From contig CAILBC010000012.1 in the NCBI GenBank assembly GCA_903832325.1, positions 84,379 through 148,378 on the forward strand: a DNA stretch of 64,000 nucleotides, written 5' to 3'. Shown here piece by piece: positions 28,839 to 39,593 of the stretch; positions within the stretch are counted from its first letter, which is position 1, and every line of letters starts with the position of its first letter. The notes beneath the pieces were generated by a model. It was not told where the DNA came from, ran no database searches, and saw only the letters and a program-made list of their open reading frames with translations. The DNA is from an uncultured Sphingomonadales bacterium (GTDB lineage Bacteria > Pseudomonadota > Alphaproteobacteria > Sphingomonadales > Sphingomonadaceae). The position numbers and the translations under genes were made by a program.

Positions 28839-29216
28839 GTGCGTTTTCTGCTTGCCCTGCCGCCCGTGCTTTTGCTGTCCGCCTGTGGTGGCGATGGCAT
28901 TGCCCCGCCACCGGCGGCCATCAGCCAGCCCGAAACCCACCTGCCGCACCATGCCGCCCCGCGCGAAACCGGCCTGTCCGGGGTGATCGGTGCCGATGCC
29001 GAGGGCCTGATCCGCCAGTTCGGCACACCCCGGCTGGATATTCACGATGGCGATGCGCGCAAGCTGCAATGGTCGGGCACGGCGTGCATCATGGACGCCT
29101 ATCTTTATCCCGGCGACCATGGCGGCCGGCCGCAGGCAACCTTTGTCGACACGCGGCGCGGCGATGGCCGCGATGTCGACCGTGCGGCCTGCATCGCGGC
29201 GCTGCGGAAGTACTAG
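28839..29216 (+). CDS. Hypothetical lipoprotein
   Basis: GTG start, hydrophobic leader with lipobox LSAC. Confidence 0.6.
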   Translation: MRFLLALPPVLLLSACGGDGIAPPPAAISQPETHLPHHAAPRETGLSGVIGADAEGLIRQFGTPRLDIHDGDARKLQWSGTACIMDAYLYPGDHGGRPQATFVDTRRGDGRDVDRAACIAALRKY

Positions 29217-29232
29217 AGCGAGATGACTTCAG

Positions 29233-29250
29233 GTTGAAGCAAGCTTCAAC
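29233..29250. terminator. Hairpin between convergent genes
   Basis: GTTGAAGC-aa-GCTTCAAC perfect inverted repeat. Confidence 0.4.
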
Positions 29251-29310
29251 AAAGGCATCAGCAACGCTCAAGCGCCGCGCGGGCTTAGCGCCTGATGACC
29301 TGATTCAATC

Positions 29311-30489
29311 TCATGCCATCAGGCTCAAATCTTCTACACCGAACGTGATTTCGGCGTTGTCCTGCAGGCGGCGGACCAGCGCGGCACCCAGAATCGAACC
29401 CGGCGTGCCGATGCCGCCCGGCGCATCGCTTTCGCGCAAGGCAATCCCGGTTTCCGCGATCATCCGGCTGGTCGAGCCATAGCCCGGATCATAGCGGCCC
29501 TTGACGCCAAAGCGCAGCGTTCGCCCATCGGGCCATTCGCCGATGAACAGGACATCGTAGGACCCGTTGGCACGGTCTTCGGCGCTGGGGCCATCGCCCG
29601 GCTTGGGATCGTTGGGGGTGCCGATCATCGGTGTCGTGGCGATATGGTTGGCAATCGCCTGGCCCTGATCGCCGGGGCCGGTCAGGATCATCTCGTCATA
29701 GACAAAATCGCTGCCATAGGGGTGCCCGAGCAGCAGATTGGTGCGGTGCACATTCTTGGTGTTGATCACCGCCATGATGAACGGGGCGGCCCAGCTGCCG
29801 GTTTCGTCTTCATACAGCGGGGTGTTGGCCGGGGGCTGGTCGGGGCCGGTGAACCCCGGGGTCAGGCCGAACGGGCTGACCATGATCTGCGCCAGCGCGG
29901 GTTCGCGCGCGATCGCCGCCAGTGTCGCCTTGAGGCTGTAGGCGGTGCCGCCGGAGAAGCCGCCGTTCATGGTGCGCACCCGGCATTTGACGCGCGGTGC
30001 GGGGCTGCCGAAACGGGCAAGCGCTTCGGCCTGAAGCGACAGCACGCCCAGATCGAACGGGATCGAATCAAACCCCGATGAAAACGCGATGCGCGCGCCG
30101 GTGGCACGGGCCTGCGCATCAAACTGGTCGATCATCTGGCGCATCCACACCGGTTCGCCGCACAGATCGGCATAATGCGTGCCCGCTGCCACGCAGGCCT
30201 CCAGCACCGGGGTGCCATAAAGCTGATAGGGGCCGACGGTGGTGACAACGACATGCGTCGACTGCGCCATGGCGGCCAAAGATGCGGGATCATCGCTATC
30301 GGCCACGACCAGCGGGGTGTCGGCGGGCGCGCCGATCAGATCGCGCACTTGCGCCAGCTTTTCCAGGCTGCGCCCGGCCATGGCCCAGCTCAGCCCCGAT
30401 CCGCCGTGTTGGCGCGCCAGGTATTCCGCCACCAGCCGCCCGGTATAGCCGGTGGCGCCATAGACGATCAGATCGTAAGTCCGTGCCAT
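29311..30489 (-). CDS. Saccharopine dehydrogenase-like oxidoreductase
   Basis: YGATGYTG Rossmann motif, TTVGPY, YADLCGE, GFDSIPFD, DPGYGST. Confidence 0.85.
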   Translation of the reverse strand: MARTYDLIVYGATGYTGRLVAEYLARQHGGSGLSWAMAGRSLEKLAQVRDLIGAPADTPLVVADSDDPASLAAMAQSTHVVVTTVGPYQLYGTPVLEACVAAGTHYADLCGEPVWMRQMIDQFDAQARATGARIAFSSGFDSIPFDLGVLSLQAEALARFGSPAPRVKCRVRTMNGGFSGGTAYSLKATLAAIAREPALAQIMVSPFGLTPGFTGPDQPPANTPLYEDETGSWAAPFIMAVINTKNVHRTNLLLGHPYGSDFVYDEMILTGPGDQGQAIANHIATTPMIGTPNDPKPGDGPSAEDRANGSYDVLFIGEWPDGRTLRFGVKGRYDPGYGSTSRMIAETGIALRESDAPGGIGTPGSILGAALVRRLQDNAEITFGVEDLSLMA

Positions 30490-30566
30490 GCCCTCATCCC
30501 TTCATGCGTGTTTAAACGCATGATTAAAGGAGGGGCGGGCAATCGGCAATATGCATTGGGCGCAGA

Positions 30567-31121
<555 letters not shown>

Positions 31122-31146
31122 GTGGTGCCTTTCCAGGTTTGCGAAA

Positions 31147-31605
31147 TCAGGGTTCCAGATTGGCCGGGCCGAACGCCAGTGGCAAGAGTGCGCTCAGCCG
31201 CATGTCCACGGTTTCCTGCGCGCCGGTGGCAATAACCAGCGGATCGGTACCGCCCAGCGCCGCCAGTTCGTGCAGCACCTGGCGGCATCGCCCGCAAGGG
31301 GTGACCACTGCGCCCGGCACACCGCCCGGCCCGCCGGCAATCGCCACCGCAACCAGACCGGCGCGATGGCCTTGCTGGCTGGCCAGCGCCGCCGCCACCG
31401 TTTCGGCGCAAAGCGACAGGCCATAACTGGCATTTTCGAAATTGCTGCCGGTCACCACGGTGCCATCGGCAAAGCGCAGCGCCGCGCCGACCTGAAACCC
31501 CGAATAGGGCGCATAGGCCCCCGCCATCGCCGCACGCGCCGCGGCGATAAGCTCCGCACGATCTTCGGGCAGCTCCGCGCGATCATCAGGCAGGATTGGC
31601 GTCAT
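31147..31605 (-). CDS. cdd: Cytidine deaminase
   Basis: [32 protein letters not shown] zinc motifs. Confidence 0.92.
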   Translation of the reverse strand: MTPILPDDRAELPEDRAELIAAARAAMAGAYAPYSGFQVGAALRFADGTVVTGSNFENASYGLSLCAETVAAALASQQGHRAGLVAVAIAGGPGGVPGAVVTPCGRCRQVLHELAALGGTDPLVIATGAQETVDMRLSALLPLAFGPANLEP

Positions 31606-32315
31606 GGCTGCACCACCACCCAGCGCACCGGCCCGCCCACCCCCGCCAGCCGCAGGCGGTGCGTTGCCGTCCACAGCACCCAGGGCCGTGCGACATAGGT
31701 GGGCGGGCGGAAATCGCCGCTGACCCAGACATTGCGATCGATCCGCGCCGCGAGGTGATAGCGCGCCTCCAGCGCGGGGGAGGGCATCAGCACCACCGGG
31801 CGGCCGAGATGGCGCTCGATCTCGTTGAGAAACGTGGTCAGTTCGCTGTCGATCACCGCCTGCCCCGGCGGATCGGGGCAATGTTGCGGATCAAGATCGA
31901 GCGCGATGGCCGCGGGCAGCAAATGCCGATCACGCGGCACGGTGGTGACGAAATTGCTCGCCTGCACATCGGCGGCCACGCACAGATCGTAAACGTGCAC
32001 TGCGCCCACCTGCAATCCGGCCGCGCGCGCCGCATCGAGCGACCGGGCAAAAGCCGGATCGCGCACCGCAGCGCCGCTGCTGGCCGTAAGATAGACAAAA
32101 TCGGCGCCATGGCCGCCCGGCCCGGTGGCCTTCAGCGTGGGCCATTCCACCGCACCATCGCCGGCATCAAGCCACAGCCCCTGCACCGCATAGCGTGTGC
32201 GATCGGGCGCCCAATGGATTGCCCAATACCACGCGGCCAGCGCCGCCAGCGCCAGCACGATCGCCAGGGCCGGAATCAGCAGCCAGCGTTTGGACCGCAA
32301 TATTGCCAGAATCAC
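31602..32315 (-). CDS. Membrane-anchored GH25 (lysozyme-like) protein with degenerate catalytic motifs
   Basis: N-terminal TM, FVYLTASSG, GAVHVY, W.LW pattern of GH25; GLWLD in place of GIDVS and DLD in place of DxE. Confidence 0.7.
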   Translation of the reverse strand: MILAILRSKRWLLIPALAIVLALAALAAWYWAIHWAPDRTRYAVQGLWLDAGDGAVEWPTLKATGPGGHGADFVYLTASSGAAVRDPAFARSLDAARAAGLQVGAVHVYDLCVAADVQASNFVTTVPRDRHLLPAAIALDLDPQHCPDPPGQAVIDSELTTFLNEIERHLGRPVVLMPSPALEARYHLAARIDRNVWVSGDFRPPTYVARPWVLWTATHRLRLAGVGGPVRWVVVQP

Positions 32316-32414
32316 GTTTCCCCCGGATCGGCCACATGCCGGTCAGTGCCGACTTGCGCGGGCGCAGGATCGGCACAAGCAGGATGCGCGCATACAGGAT
32401 GGGCGCATAAGGGT

Positions 32415-32897
32415 CTAACCCTTGATGTGCAGCACGCAGATCAGAGTGAACAGGCGCCGCGCGGTGGCAAAATCGGTCTCGATCTTGCCTTCAAGTTTTT
32501 CCAGCAGCATCATCGCGGCATCGTTGTGAACCCCGCGCCGGGCCATGTCGATCGTTTCAATTTCCTGCGCGGTGGCGCGGCGAATCGCCTGATAATACGA
32601 TTCGCAGATCGCGAAATAATCGCGGATCGGCCGGCGGAACCGCCCCAGCCCCAGAATCACCGTTTCCAGATGTTGCGCATCGCCATCCGATACGATCAGC
32701 ACCAGACGGCCATCTTCAACCGAAAGGCGCAGGCGATAGGGGCCCAGATGCCCCGCAGCGGCCGCGCGCAACGGTTTGAAGCTGTTTTCTTCGATCAGAT
32801 CGAAAATCGCGATGCGACGTTCCTGCTCGATATCGGCGTTGCGCCAGATGATCGTCGCCTCGTCGAGTTCGATATGGGCAATTCGCGGGTCCGCCAT
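32415..32897 (-). CDS. UPF0262 family protein
   Basis: EQERRIAIFDLIEENSF, DYFAICESYY, ARRLFTLICVLH. Confidence 0.85.
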   Translation of the reverse strand: MADPRIAHIELDEATIIWRNADIEQERRIAIFDLIEENSFKPLRAAAAGHLGPYRLRLSVEDGRLVLIVSDGDAQHLETVILGLGRFRRPIRDYFAICESYYQAIRRATAQEIETIDMARRGVHNDAAMMLLEKLEGKIETDFATARRLFTLICVLHIKG

Positions 32898-33034
32898 GAT
32901 TGCCCCAAGTCTTTGCACAGGCGCTGCGTCATCGGCAAGCCCTCCCCGCTTTCCACAGGCCCATCCCGCTTTCTGCGGGGTAGAGATGGGGCCACGCGCT
33001 TGTCGCACGGCAGGGACTGGGGCACAGTAACGCG

Positions 33035-34546
33035 ATGTCTGTAACCACATCGATCCTTTCGCGCGAAACCGAACCGGCGCGCGCGCTGCCCGCCAATGTC
33101 GAGGCCGAGGCCGCCTTTCTCGGGGCGGTGCTGATCGACAACCGCATCCTGGAGGAAATGACCTGCCCGCTGACCGCGGACCATTTCTTTGCCCCGGTGC
33201 ACGGCCGCGTCTTTGCGCGAATCGCCGCGCTGATCGATCGCAAGGCGGTGGTCACCCCGGTCACGCTCAAGCCCTATTTCGAAACCGACGAGGGGCTGAA
33301 GGAGCTTGGCGGCACCGCCTATCTGGCGCGGCTGACCGCCGACGGGCAGGGCCTGCTCGCGCCGCGCGAGCTGGCGCAGCAGATCTATGATCTGGCACTG
33401 CTGCGCGAACTGATCACGGTCGGCCGCACCCTGGTCGAACAGGCGATGGACACCAGCGAAAGCGTTTCGCCGCTGGGCCAGATCGAAGCCGCCGAATCGG
33501 CGCTCTATGCCGTGGCCGAAGGCGCGCAGACCGGCAGCGAGGCGCAAAGTTTTTCCGTCGCCACGCGCGCCTCGCTGGAAATGATCGAAAAGGCGCTGCT
33601 GTCGGGCGGGCACATTTCGGGCAAGACCACCGGGCTGACCTCGGTCAACGAAAAGATCGGCGGCCTGCACGATTCCGACCTTATCATCCTCGCCGGGCGG
33701 CCGGGCATGGGCAAGACCAGCCTGGTGACCAATATCGCGTTCAATGCCGCCGACCGGTTGCGCCGCGATATGGTCGACGGCATTCCCGCCAAGGAATCGG
33801 TGGGCGCGGCGGTTGCCTTTTTCAGCCTGGAAATGAGCGCGGACCAGCTGGCGACGCGTATTCTGGCCGAACAGTCGGGGATCAGTTCCGAAGCGCTGCG
33901 CATGGGGCGGATCAGCCGCGAGGATTTTCAGCAACTGTCATTTGCCAGCCAGCGCCTGGCCGAATTGCCGCTGTTCATCGATGATACGCCGGCGCTGTCG
34001 ATCGGCGCGTTGCGGGCGCGGGCGCGGCGGCTGAAACGGCGGCACGATGTCGGGTTGATCGTGGTCGATTACCTGCAGCTGCTGCAGGGAACGGGCCGCA
34101 CCGACAACCGCGTGAACGAAATTTCGGAAATCAGCCGGGGGCTCAAGACTCTGGCCAAAGAGCTGTCGGTGCCGGTGATCGCGCTGTCGCAGCTGTCGCG
34201 CGCGGTCGAACAACGGGATGACAAGCGCCCGATGCTGTCGGACTTGCGCGAATCGGGGTCGATCGAACAGGACGCCGACATGGTCTGGTTCGTGTTCCGC
34301 GAAGACTATTACGTCGCCTCGCGCGAGCCCAAGCGACCGGTCGATGGCGACGATTCCAAAATCCATGAGGCGCATTCGGCCTGGGCCGCCGACATGGAGC
34401 GGGTCTATGGCCTGGCCGAACTGATCGTCGCGAAACAGCGCCATGGCTCCACCGGCAAAGTGCGCCTGCGGTTCGAACCGCGAATCACCCGCTTTTCCGA
34501 TCTGGCGCCCGATGCGATGGGCGCCAATGCCTATGGCGATGACTGA
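33035..34546 (+). CDS. dnaB: Replicative DNA helicase
   Basis: AGRPGMGKT, FFSLEMS, VDYLQL, LSQLSR, DLRESGSIEQDAD, AKQRHG. Confidence 0.97.
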   Translation: MSVTTSILSRETEPARALPANVEAEAAFLGAVLIDNRILEEMTCPLTADHFFAPVHGRVFARIAALIDRKAVVTPVTLKPYFETDEGLKELGGTAYLARLTADGQGLLAPRELAQQIYDLALLRELITVGRTLVEQAMDTSESVSPLGQIEAAESALYAVAEGAQTGSEAQSFSVATRASLEMIEKALLSGGHISGKTTGLTSVNEKIGGLHDSDLIILAGRPGMGKTSLVTNIAFNAADRLRRDMVDGIPAKESVGAAVAFFSLEMSADQLATRILAEQSGISSEALRMGRISREDFQQLSFASQRLAELPLFIDDTPALSIGALRARARRLKRRHDVGLIVVDYLQLLQGTGRTDNRVNEISEISRGLKTLAKELSVPVIALSQLSRAVEQRDDKRPMLSDLRESGSIEQDADMVWFVFREDYYVASREPKRPVDGDDSKIHEAHSAWAADMERVYGLAELIVAKQRHGSTGKVRLRFEPRITRFSDLAPDAMGANAYGDD

Positions 34547-34641
34547 TCCGCAACAGATGGGTTCATTGCGGTGCGGGACGGTCTGGCGCCGGGGTGGCCT
34601 GACCGGATAAGGCAATCGGCAGACGGTGTTGGGGGTCTGGG

Positions 34642-35142
34642 GTGGAATATTTGCTTCACGCGGTCGATCGGCTGGCGCCCGGGGTGCACGGCTGGGTGAC
34701 CATGGTCGGCCAGGCGCCCGCCGGGGCGATCGTGCTTGGCATGATCCTGGTGATCGGGCTGGCGGGACGGCTGCTGACCCCGTTTCTGCTGCTGATCCCG
34801 GCGCTGGCTGCCGGACTGGCGGCCGGTTTGACTCTGGCGCAAGGCGCAGGCTGGCACCCGGTCCTGGCCGGGCTTGCCGGCTTTGTCGTCGCGGCTGCGG
34901 CGTTCTATGCGGTGGCCAATCTGTTTCCGGTGCGGCTGGCGCTGGCGCTGGCCGTCTTTCCGATCGTGGTGCCGGGCCTGTGGCATCTGGCGGCGGGCGC
35001 GTTCGACGGGTGGTGGACGCTGGCGATCACACTGGCCGGGGCGATCATCACGGCCGACCTGCTGCGCCGCTTTGTCACCAGCGAGGACAATGCGCTGTAT
35101 ATCTGGATTGCCGACCTCATCGCCGACTTGCGCGATGATTAG
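34642..35142 (+). CDS. Hypothetical integral membrane protein
   Basis: Four to five hydrophobic segments; no family recognised. Confidence 0.6.
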   Translation: MEYLLHAVDRLAPGVHGWVTMVGQAPAGAIVLGMILVIGLAGRLLTPFLLLIPALAAGLAAGLTLAQGAGWHPVLAGLAGFVVAAAAFYAVANLFPVRLALALAVFPIVVPGLWHLAAGAFDGWWTLAITLAGAIITADLLRRFVTSEDNALYIWIADLIADLRDD

Positions 35143-35152
35143 GGCGTAAACC

Positions 35153-35181
35153 TTGACTCGCTGGGCAGCAGGGCCTAGTGG
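35153..35181 (+). promoter_or_regulatory. Putative sigma70 promoter of rpoZ
   Basis: TTGACT-N17-TAGTGG. Confidence 0.5.
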
Positions 35182-35226
35182 CGGCTGCTTATTCCACCCT
35201 CCCGGTCTGTTTTACGGAGTGCCCTG

Positions 35227-35571
35227 ATGGCGCGCGTTACCGTCGAAGATTGCGTCGACAAGGTTTCCAATCGGTTCGATCTCGTGCTGCTGGCCGCAGA
35301 GCGTGCCCGTGCAATTTCGGGCGGGGCCGAACTGACGGTCGATCGCGATCGCGACAAGAATCCGGTGGTCGCCTTGCGCGAAATCGCCGAAGAAACCGTG
35401 ATTCCCGCGATCCTGAAAGAAAACGTGATCCAGTCGCTGCAGCGCGTGCTGCCCGATGACGATGATCAGGTCGATGAAATCGGTTCGCTGTCGCAATCGG
35501 CCGAAGCGCTGCGCATCACCGCCGCCGCGCCGGTGCGCAACACCTCGCTGGGCGCCGATTACGACGGCTGA
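35227..35571 (+). CDS. rpoZ: RNA polymerase omega subunit
   Basis: [28 protein letters not shown]...[12 protein letters not shown]. Confidence 0.97.
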   Translation: MARVTVEDCVDKVSNRFDLVLLAAERARAISGGAELTVDRDRDKNPVVALREIAEETVIPAILKENVIQSLQRVLPDDDDQVDEIGSLSQSAEALRITAAAPVRNTSLGADYDG

Positions 35572-35742
35572 TCCACCGGGCGCGCTTTGGCGCGCCCGCA
35601 TATTGTCCCCGCACATGGCCCCCGCATATGGGCCCCCGGCCATTGCCTGAGGGGGCCAATCACAAGACCAGAAACGCGGCGCCGGGGATAATCCCCGTGC
35701 GCCCGCTTGCGCTTGGCCGGGCCCGCCGCCACATTCGCGCAC

Positions 35743-38289
35743 ATGGTCAGCCAGCTATCCTTGCGGGGTGTCCGTTCCGACCAGGGACGCGGCGCCGTGC
35801 GTGCCGTGCTGGGGCCCACCAATACCGGCAAGACGCACCTGGCGATCGAACGGCTTTGCGCGCATTCGTCGGGTGCAATCGGCTTTCCGCTGCGGCTGCT
35901 GGCGCGCGAAGTCTATGACCGGGTGGTCGCGCTGAAAGGACCGGATCAGGTTGCGCTGATTACCGGCGAGGAACGGATCGAACCGAAGAACGCACGCTGG
36001 CTGCTATGCACGGCCGAGGCCATGCCGCAGCGCCCCGACCTGGCCTTTGTCGCCATCGATGAAGCGCAGCTTTCCGCCGATCCCGAACGCGGCCACGTAT
36101 TTACCGACCGCCTGCTGCACACCCGCGGGCGCGAAGAGACAATGATTCTGGGCTCTGCCACGCTCGAACCGATGATTCGCGCGCTGGTGCCCGAGGCCGA
36201 GATTGTCAGCCGGCCGCGCTTTTCCACACTCAGCCATGTCGGCGCGCGCAAGCTGTCACGCATTCCGCCGCGCAGCGCAATTGTCGCGTTCAGCGCCGAA
36301 CAGGTCTATGCCATGGCCGAAATGCTGCGGCGGTTTCGCGGCGGCGCAGCGGTGGTGATGGGCGCGCTGAGCCCGCAGACGCGCAATGCCCAGGTGGCAA
36401 TGTATCAGGCGGGCGAAGTCGATTATCTGGTGGCGACCGACGCCATCGGCATGGGGCTGAACCTGGATGTGCACCATGTCGCCTTTGCGGGGCTGGGCAA
36501 ATATGACGGGCATCGCCAGCGGCGGCTGACCACTGCCGAAATGGCGCAGATTGCCGGGCGCGCCGGCCGCCACCACCGCGACGGCACGTTTGGCACGCTG
36601 GCCGGGCTTGGCGCGCAGGGTGCCGAACTCACCGACGATGAAGTCTATGCCATCGAGGAACACCGCTTTCCCCCGCTGACCCGGCTGTTCTGGCGTGAGG
36701 CCGATCTGCGCTTCGGATCGATCGAGACGCTGCTGGGTGATCTGTCGTGTCCGCCGCCGCGGGCCGAACTGGCCAGCCCGCCCGAAGCGATTGACCTGGC
36801 CGTGCTGCGGCTGCTGTCGGACGATGCCGACATTGCCGGATCGGTGCGCGGCGAAGGCGCAGTGCGGCGATTCTGGCAGGCGTGCTGCCTGCCCGACTTC
36901 CGCCAGCAGGGTGCCGAAACCCACGCCCGCTTTGTCGGCCGCCTGTGGCAGGATCTGCGCCATGGCTATCTGGGCGCGGATTATGTGGCGCAGGCCATCG
37001 CGCAGCTGGACAATCCGGCGGGCGATATTCACGCGCTGCAGGGGCGCATAGCCGCAATCCGCAGCTGGGCCTATATCGCGCAGCGGCCCGATTGGGTGCT
37101 GGCACGCGAGGAAATGGCGGGGCGCGCGCGCGCGGTGGAAACGCGGCTGTCCGATGCGCTGCACGCGCGGCTGACCGAACGCTTTGTCAACCGGCGGACC
37201 ACCGTGCTGATGCGCAAGGCCGGCGGCGATGCGCTGATGCTGCCCGTGCGCGTGTCAGAGGCGGGGGCGGTGCTGGTCGATGACGAACCGATCGGCCATC
37301 TCGACGGGTTTCGGTTTCGCGTCGATCCGCTGGCCCGCGCCGCCGATCGCAAGCTGCTGCTGGCGGCGGCCGAGCGCCATCTGCCTGGCCTGCTGGCGGC
37401 GCGCGCGGCGCTGTTGATTGCTGCGGCGGCCACGCCCGAGGGGCTGACTTTCACGGATCAGGGTCTGGTCTGGGACGAGGGCGTGGTGGCGCGGCTGGAA
37501 CCGGGGCGCAGCCTGCTCGATCCGCGGCTGCGGCTGGACCCGGCGCTCGATCGCCTGTCGCCGGTTTTGCGCGATCGCGTGCGCGATGCGCTGCGCGGCT
37601 GGTTCGATGGCCAGGTGGCGCGCGTGCTGGCCCCGTTGCAGGCGCTGGCCGAGGCCGCGGTTGCGCCCGAATCAGGGCCCGATCTGCGCGGGCTGCTGCT
37701 GCGGCTGGTCGATGGCGGCGGCGTTCTGGCGCGCGAAGGGTCCGGGCTGGACTTGCTTGATTCGCGCCAGCGCGACGTCTTGCGCCGGCTGGGCCTGCGC
37801 ATTGGCGGGCTCGATCTGTTTGTGCCGGCGATGCTGCGCCCGGCGGCAATGCGGCTGTGGCTGCGGCTCGCGGCGTTGCGCGCGGTTCCCCCGGTTGCCC
37901 CGCCCGATGCGCTGCCCGCCACTGTCGTGACAAAAATTGCGCCCCAGGGCTATCGCCGGCTGGGCAAAGAGGCGCTGCGCGTCGATCTGGCCGATCGCCT
38001 GCTGCAAGAGGCGCATCGCTGCCGGATTGCCGCGCCCGGCCGGCGGGTGTTTCTCGATCCCGCGCGGGCACGGTCGATGGGCCTGTCCACTGCCGCCTAT
38101 GCGGCGCTGCTGCGATTGGCCGGGTTTCGCGTGACCATGCCCCGGCCCCTGCCCGAAGGGGCATTCGGCCCGGCGGCACCACCGCTGTGGGATTGGCACG
38201 CGCCGCTGCCACCGCCCTCGACCAAGCGGACCACACCGGCGCGGCCCGCCACGGGCGCCTTTGCCGCACTGGCCGAATTGCTGCGCTGA
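35743..38289 (+). CDS. SF2 helicase (Suv3/MgpS-like)
   Basis: GPTNTGKT, IDEAQ, ATDAIGMGLN, QIAGRAGR. Confidence 0.88.
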   Translation: MVSQLSLRGVRSDQGRGAVRAVLGPTNTGKTHLAIERLCAHSSGAIGFPLRLLAREVYDRVVALKGPDQVALITGEERIEPKNARWLLCTAEAMPQRPDLAFVAIDEAQLSADPERGHVFTDRLLHTRGREETMILGSATLEPMIRALVPEAEIVSRPRFSTLSHVGARKLSRIPPRSAIVAFSAEQVYAMAEMLRRFRGGAAVVMGALSPQTRNAQVAMYQAGEVDYLVATDAIGMGLNLDVHHVAFAGLGKYDGHRQRRLTTAEMAQIAGRAGRHHRDGTFGTLAGLGAQGAELTDDEVYAIEEHRFPPLTRLFWREADLRFGSIETLLGDLSCPPPRAELASPPEAIDLAVLRLLSDDADIAGSVRGEGAVRRFWQACCLPDFRQQGAETHARFVGRLWQDLRHGYLGADYVAQAIAQLDNPAGDIHALQGRIAAIRSWAYIAQRPDWVLAREEMAGRARAVETRLSDALHARLTERFVNRRTTVLMRKAGGDALMLPVRVSEAGAVLVDDEPIGHLDGFRFRVDPLARAADRKLLLAAAERHLPGLLAARAALLIAAAATPEGLTFTDQGLVWDEGVVARLEPGRSLLDPRLRLDPALDRLSPVLRDRVRDALRGWFDGQVARVLAPLQALAEAAVAPESGPDLRGLLLRLVDGGGVLAREGSGLDLLDSRQRDVLRRLGLRIGGLDLFVPAMLRPAAMRLWLRLAALRAVPPVAPPDALPATVVTKIAPQGYRRLGKEALRVDLADRLLQEAHRCRIAAPGRRVFLDPARARSMGLSTAAYAALLRLAGFRVTMPRPLPEGAFGPAAPPLWDWHAPLPPPSTKRTTPARPATGAFAALAELLR

Positions 38290-38684
38290 TGGCGGCGGTG
38301 CCCTCGCCCGCCCGGCCCGTGCCAACTGCGCCGGCGCTGCAGCCTGGACTGCGCATCGACAAACTGCTGTGGTTTCTGCGGCTGGCCGCCACGCGCAGCC
38401 ATGCGCAGGAATGGGCGTGCACAGGGCATATCCGGCTGAACGGGCGCCGCGTCGAACGGCCCAGCGCGGCAGTGCGCGCGGGCGACATGCTGGTGCTGCC
38501 GCTGCACGGCGGGGTGCGCGTGATCGAAGTTCTGGCCATCCCCGCGCGGCGCGGCCCCGCACCCGAAGCGCAGGCCTGTTATCGCTATGTCGATGCGCGG
38601 GCCGCAATTCCGGCGCAAGACCCCGGCCCGGACCGGGCAGGGCCTGACGCCGCGGCGGGCGAATCGCCCGACCAAGGCGGATAG
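38289..38684 (+). CDS. RNA-binding S4 domain protein (Hsp15-like)
   Basis: RIDKLLWFLRL...G.IRLNG; stop/start overlap with the helicase. Confidence 0.85.
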   Translation: MAAVPSPARPVPTAPALQPGLRIDKLLWFLRLAATRSHAQEWACTGHIRLNGRRVERPSAAVRAGDMLVLPLHGGVRVIEVLAIPARRGPAPEAQACYRYVDARAAIPAQDPGPDRAGPDAAAGESPDQGG

Positions 38685-38710
38685 CAGGCCGGTAACGGGC
38701 ACAGTAAGGG

Positions 38711-38740
38711 TTGACGGGCAGGCCCAGACGCCTCTAGCAC
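38711..38740 (+). promoter_or_regulatory. Putative sigma70 promoter of fdxA
   Basis: TTGACG-N18-TAGCAC. Confidence 0.4.
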
Positions 38741-38785
38741 TTTGGCTTCAATGTCCGCCCAGAGATCCGAGGAACAATCGCCACC

Positions 38786-39124
38786 ATGACCTATGTCGTC
38801 ACCGAAGCCTGCATCAAGTGCAAGTTCATGGACTGCGTCGAGGTCTGCCCCGTCGACTGCTTCTACGAAGGCGAAAACATGCTGGTGATCAACCCCAGCG
38901 AATGCATCGATTGCGGCGTGTGCGAGCCCGAATGCCCGGCCGAAGCCATCCTGCCCGACACCGAAAGCGGTCTGGAACAGTGGCTTGAGCTGAATGCCAG
39001 GTTTTCTGCCGATTGGCCGAACATCACCGCCAAGAAAGATGCCCCGGCCGATGCCGACGATCACAAGGGCGAAGACGGCAAGTTCGACAAGTACTTTTCG
39101 GCAGAGCCCGGCCAGGGCGACTGA
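38786..39124 (+). CDS. fdxA: 7Fe-type ferredoxin
   Basis: [26 protein letters not shown]...[12 protein letters not shown]. Confidence 0.95.
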   Translation: MTYVVTEACIKCKFMDCVEVCPVDCFYEGENMLVINPSECIDCGVCEPECPAEAILPDTESGLEQWLELNARFSADWPNITAKKDAPADADDHKGEDGKFDKYFSAEPGQGD

Positions 39125-39593
39125 GCGCCGTTCCGGCCTCTGCGCGACCTGCGGACAGGCGCCGGACAGGCGCCAGATAGCCACCGGGCAGCCGCGGGTC
39201 AGCCAGTGGCGGTCATGATTGGGGGCGATTTTGCACCCGGATTGCCCCCCGTATCCATGCGGATACGGGGAATGCACCGTTTTTGGCCAGATTCCGGGCG
39301 CAGAGCACTGGAATTTTTGTCACAGACTTGCTATATCCGCAGACAGACGCCGGAAACCTGTTCTTTGGTCCGGCGTGCTGCAACACGAAACAGGCAGGAT
39401 AGACGGCAAACGGAACGCTGGGCTTTGCTCGACCGCGGATAAGACGGTCGTTTGCCGGACCACTCCCCAAAGGGCCCGGATCGCACCTTGCAAAAATGCA
39501 ATCGTGCACATTCGCAGATGTCTTGTCGCAGACATGTGCGAACGGCCCCGTATCCGTCCCCGTTTCTGTCCTGCTGCGTCGAAAGGATATGCA

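Noticed and set aside
39219-39593. 125-aa N-terminal extension of CarD
   Set aside because: ATG 39594 has a strong SD and gives a normal-length CarD; the extension has no protein-like features.
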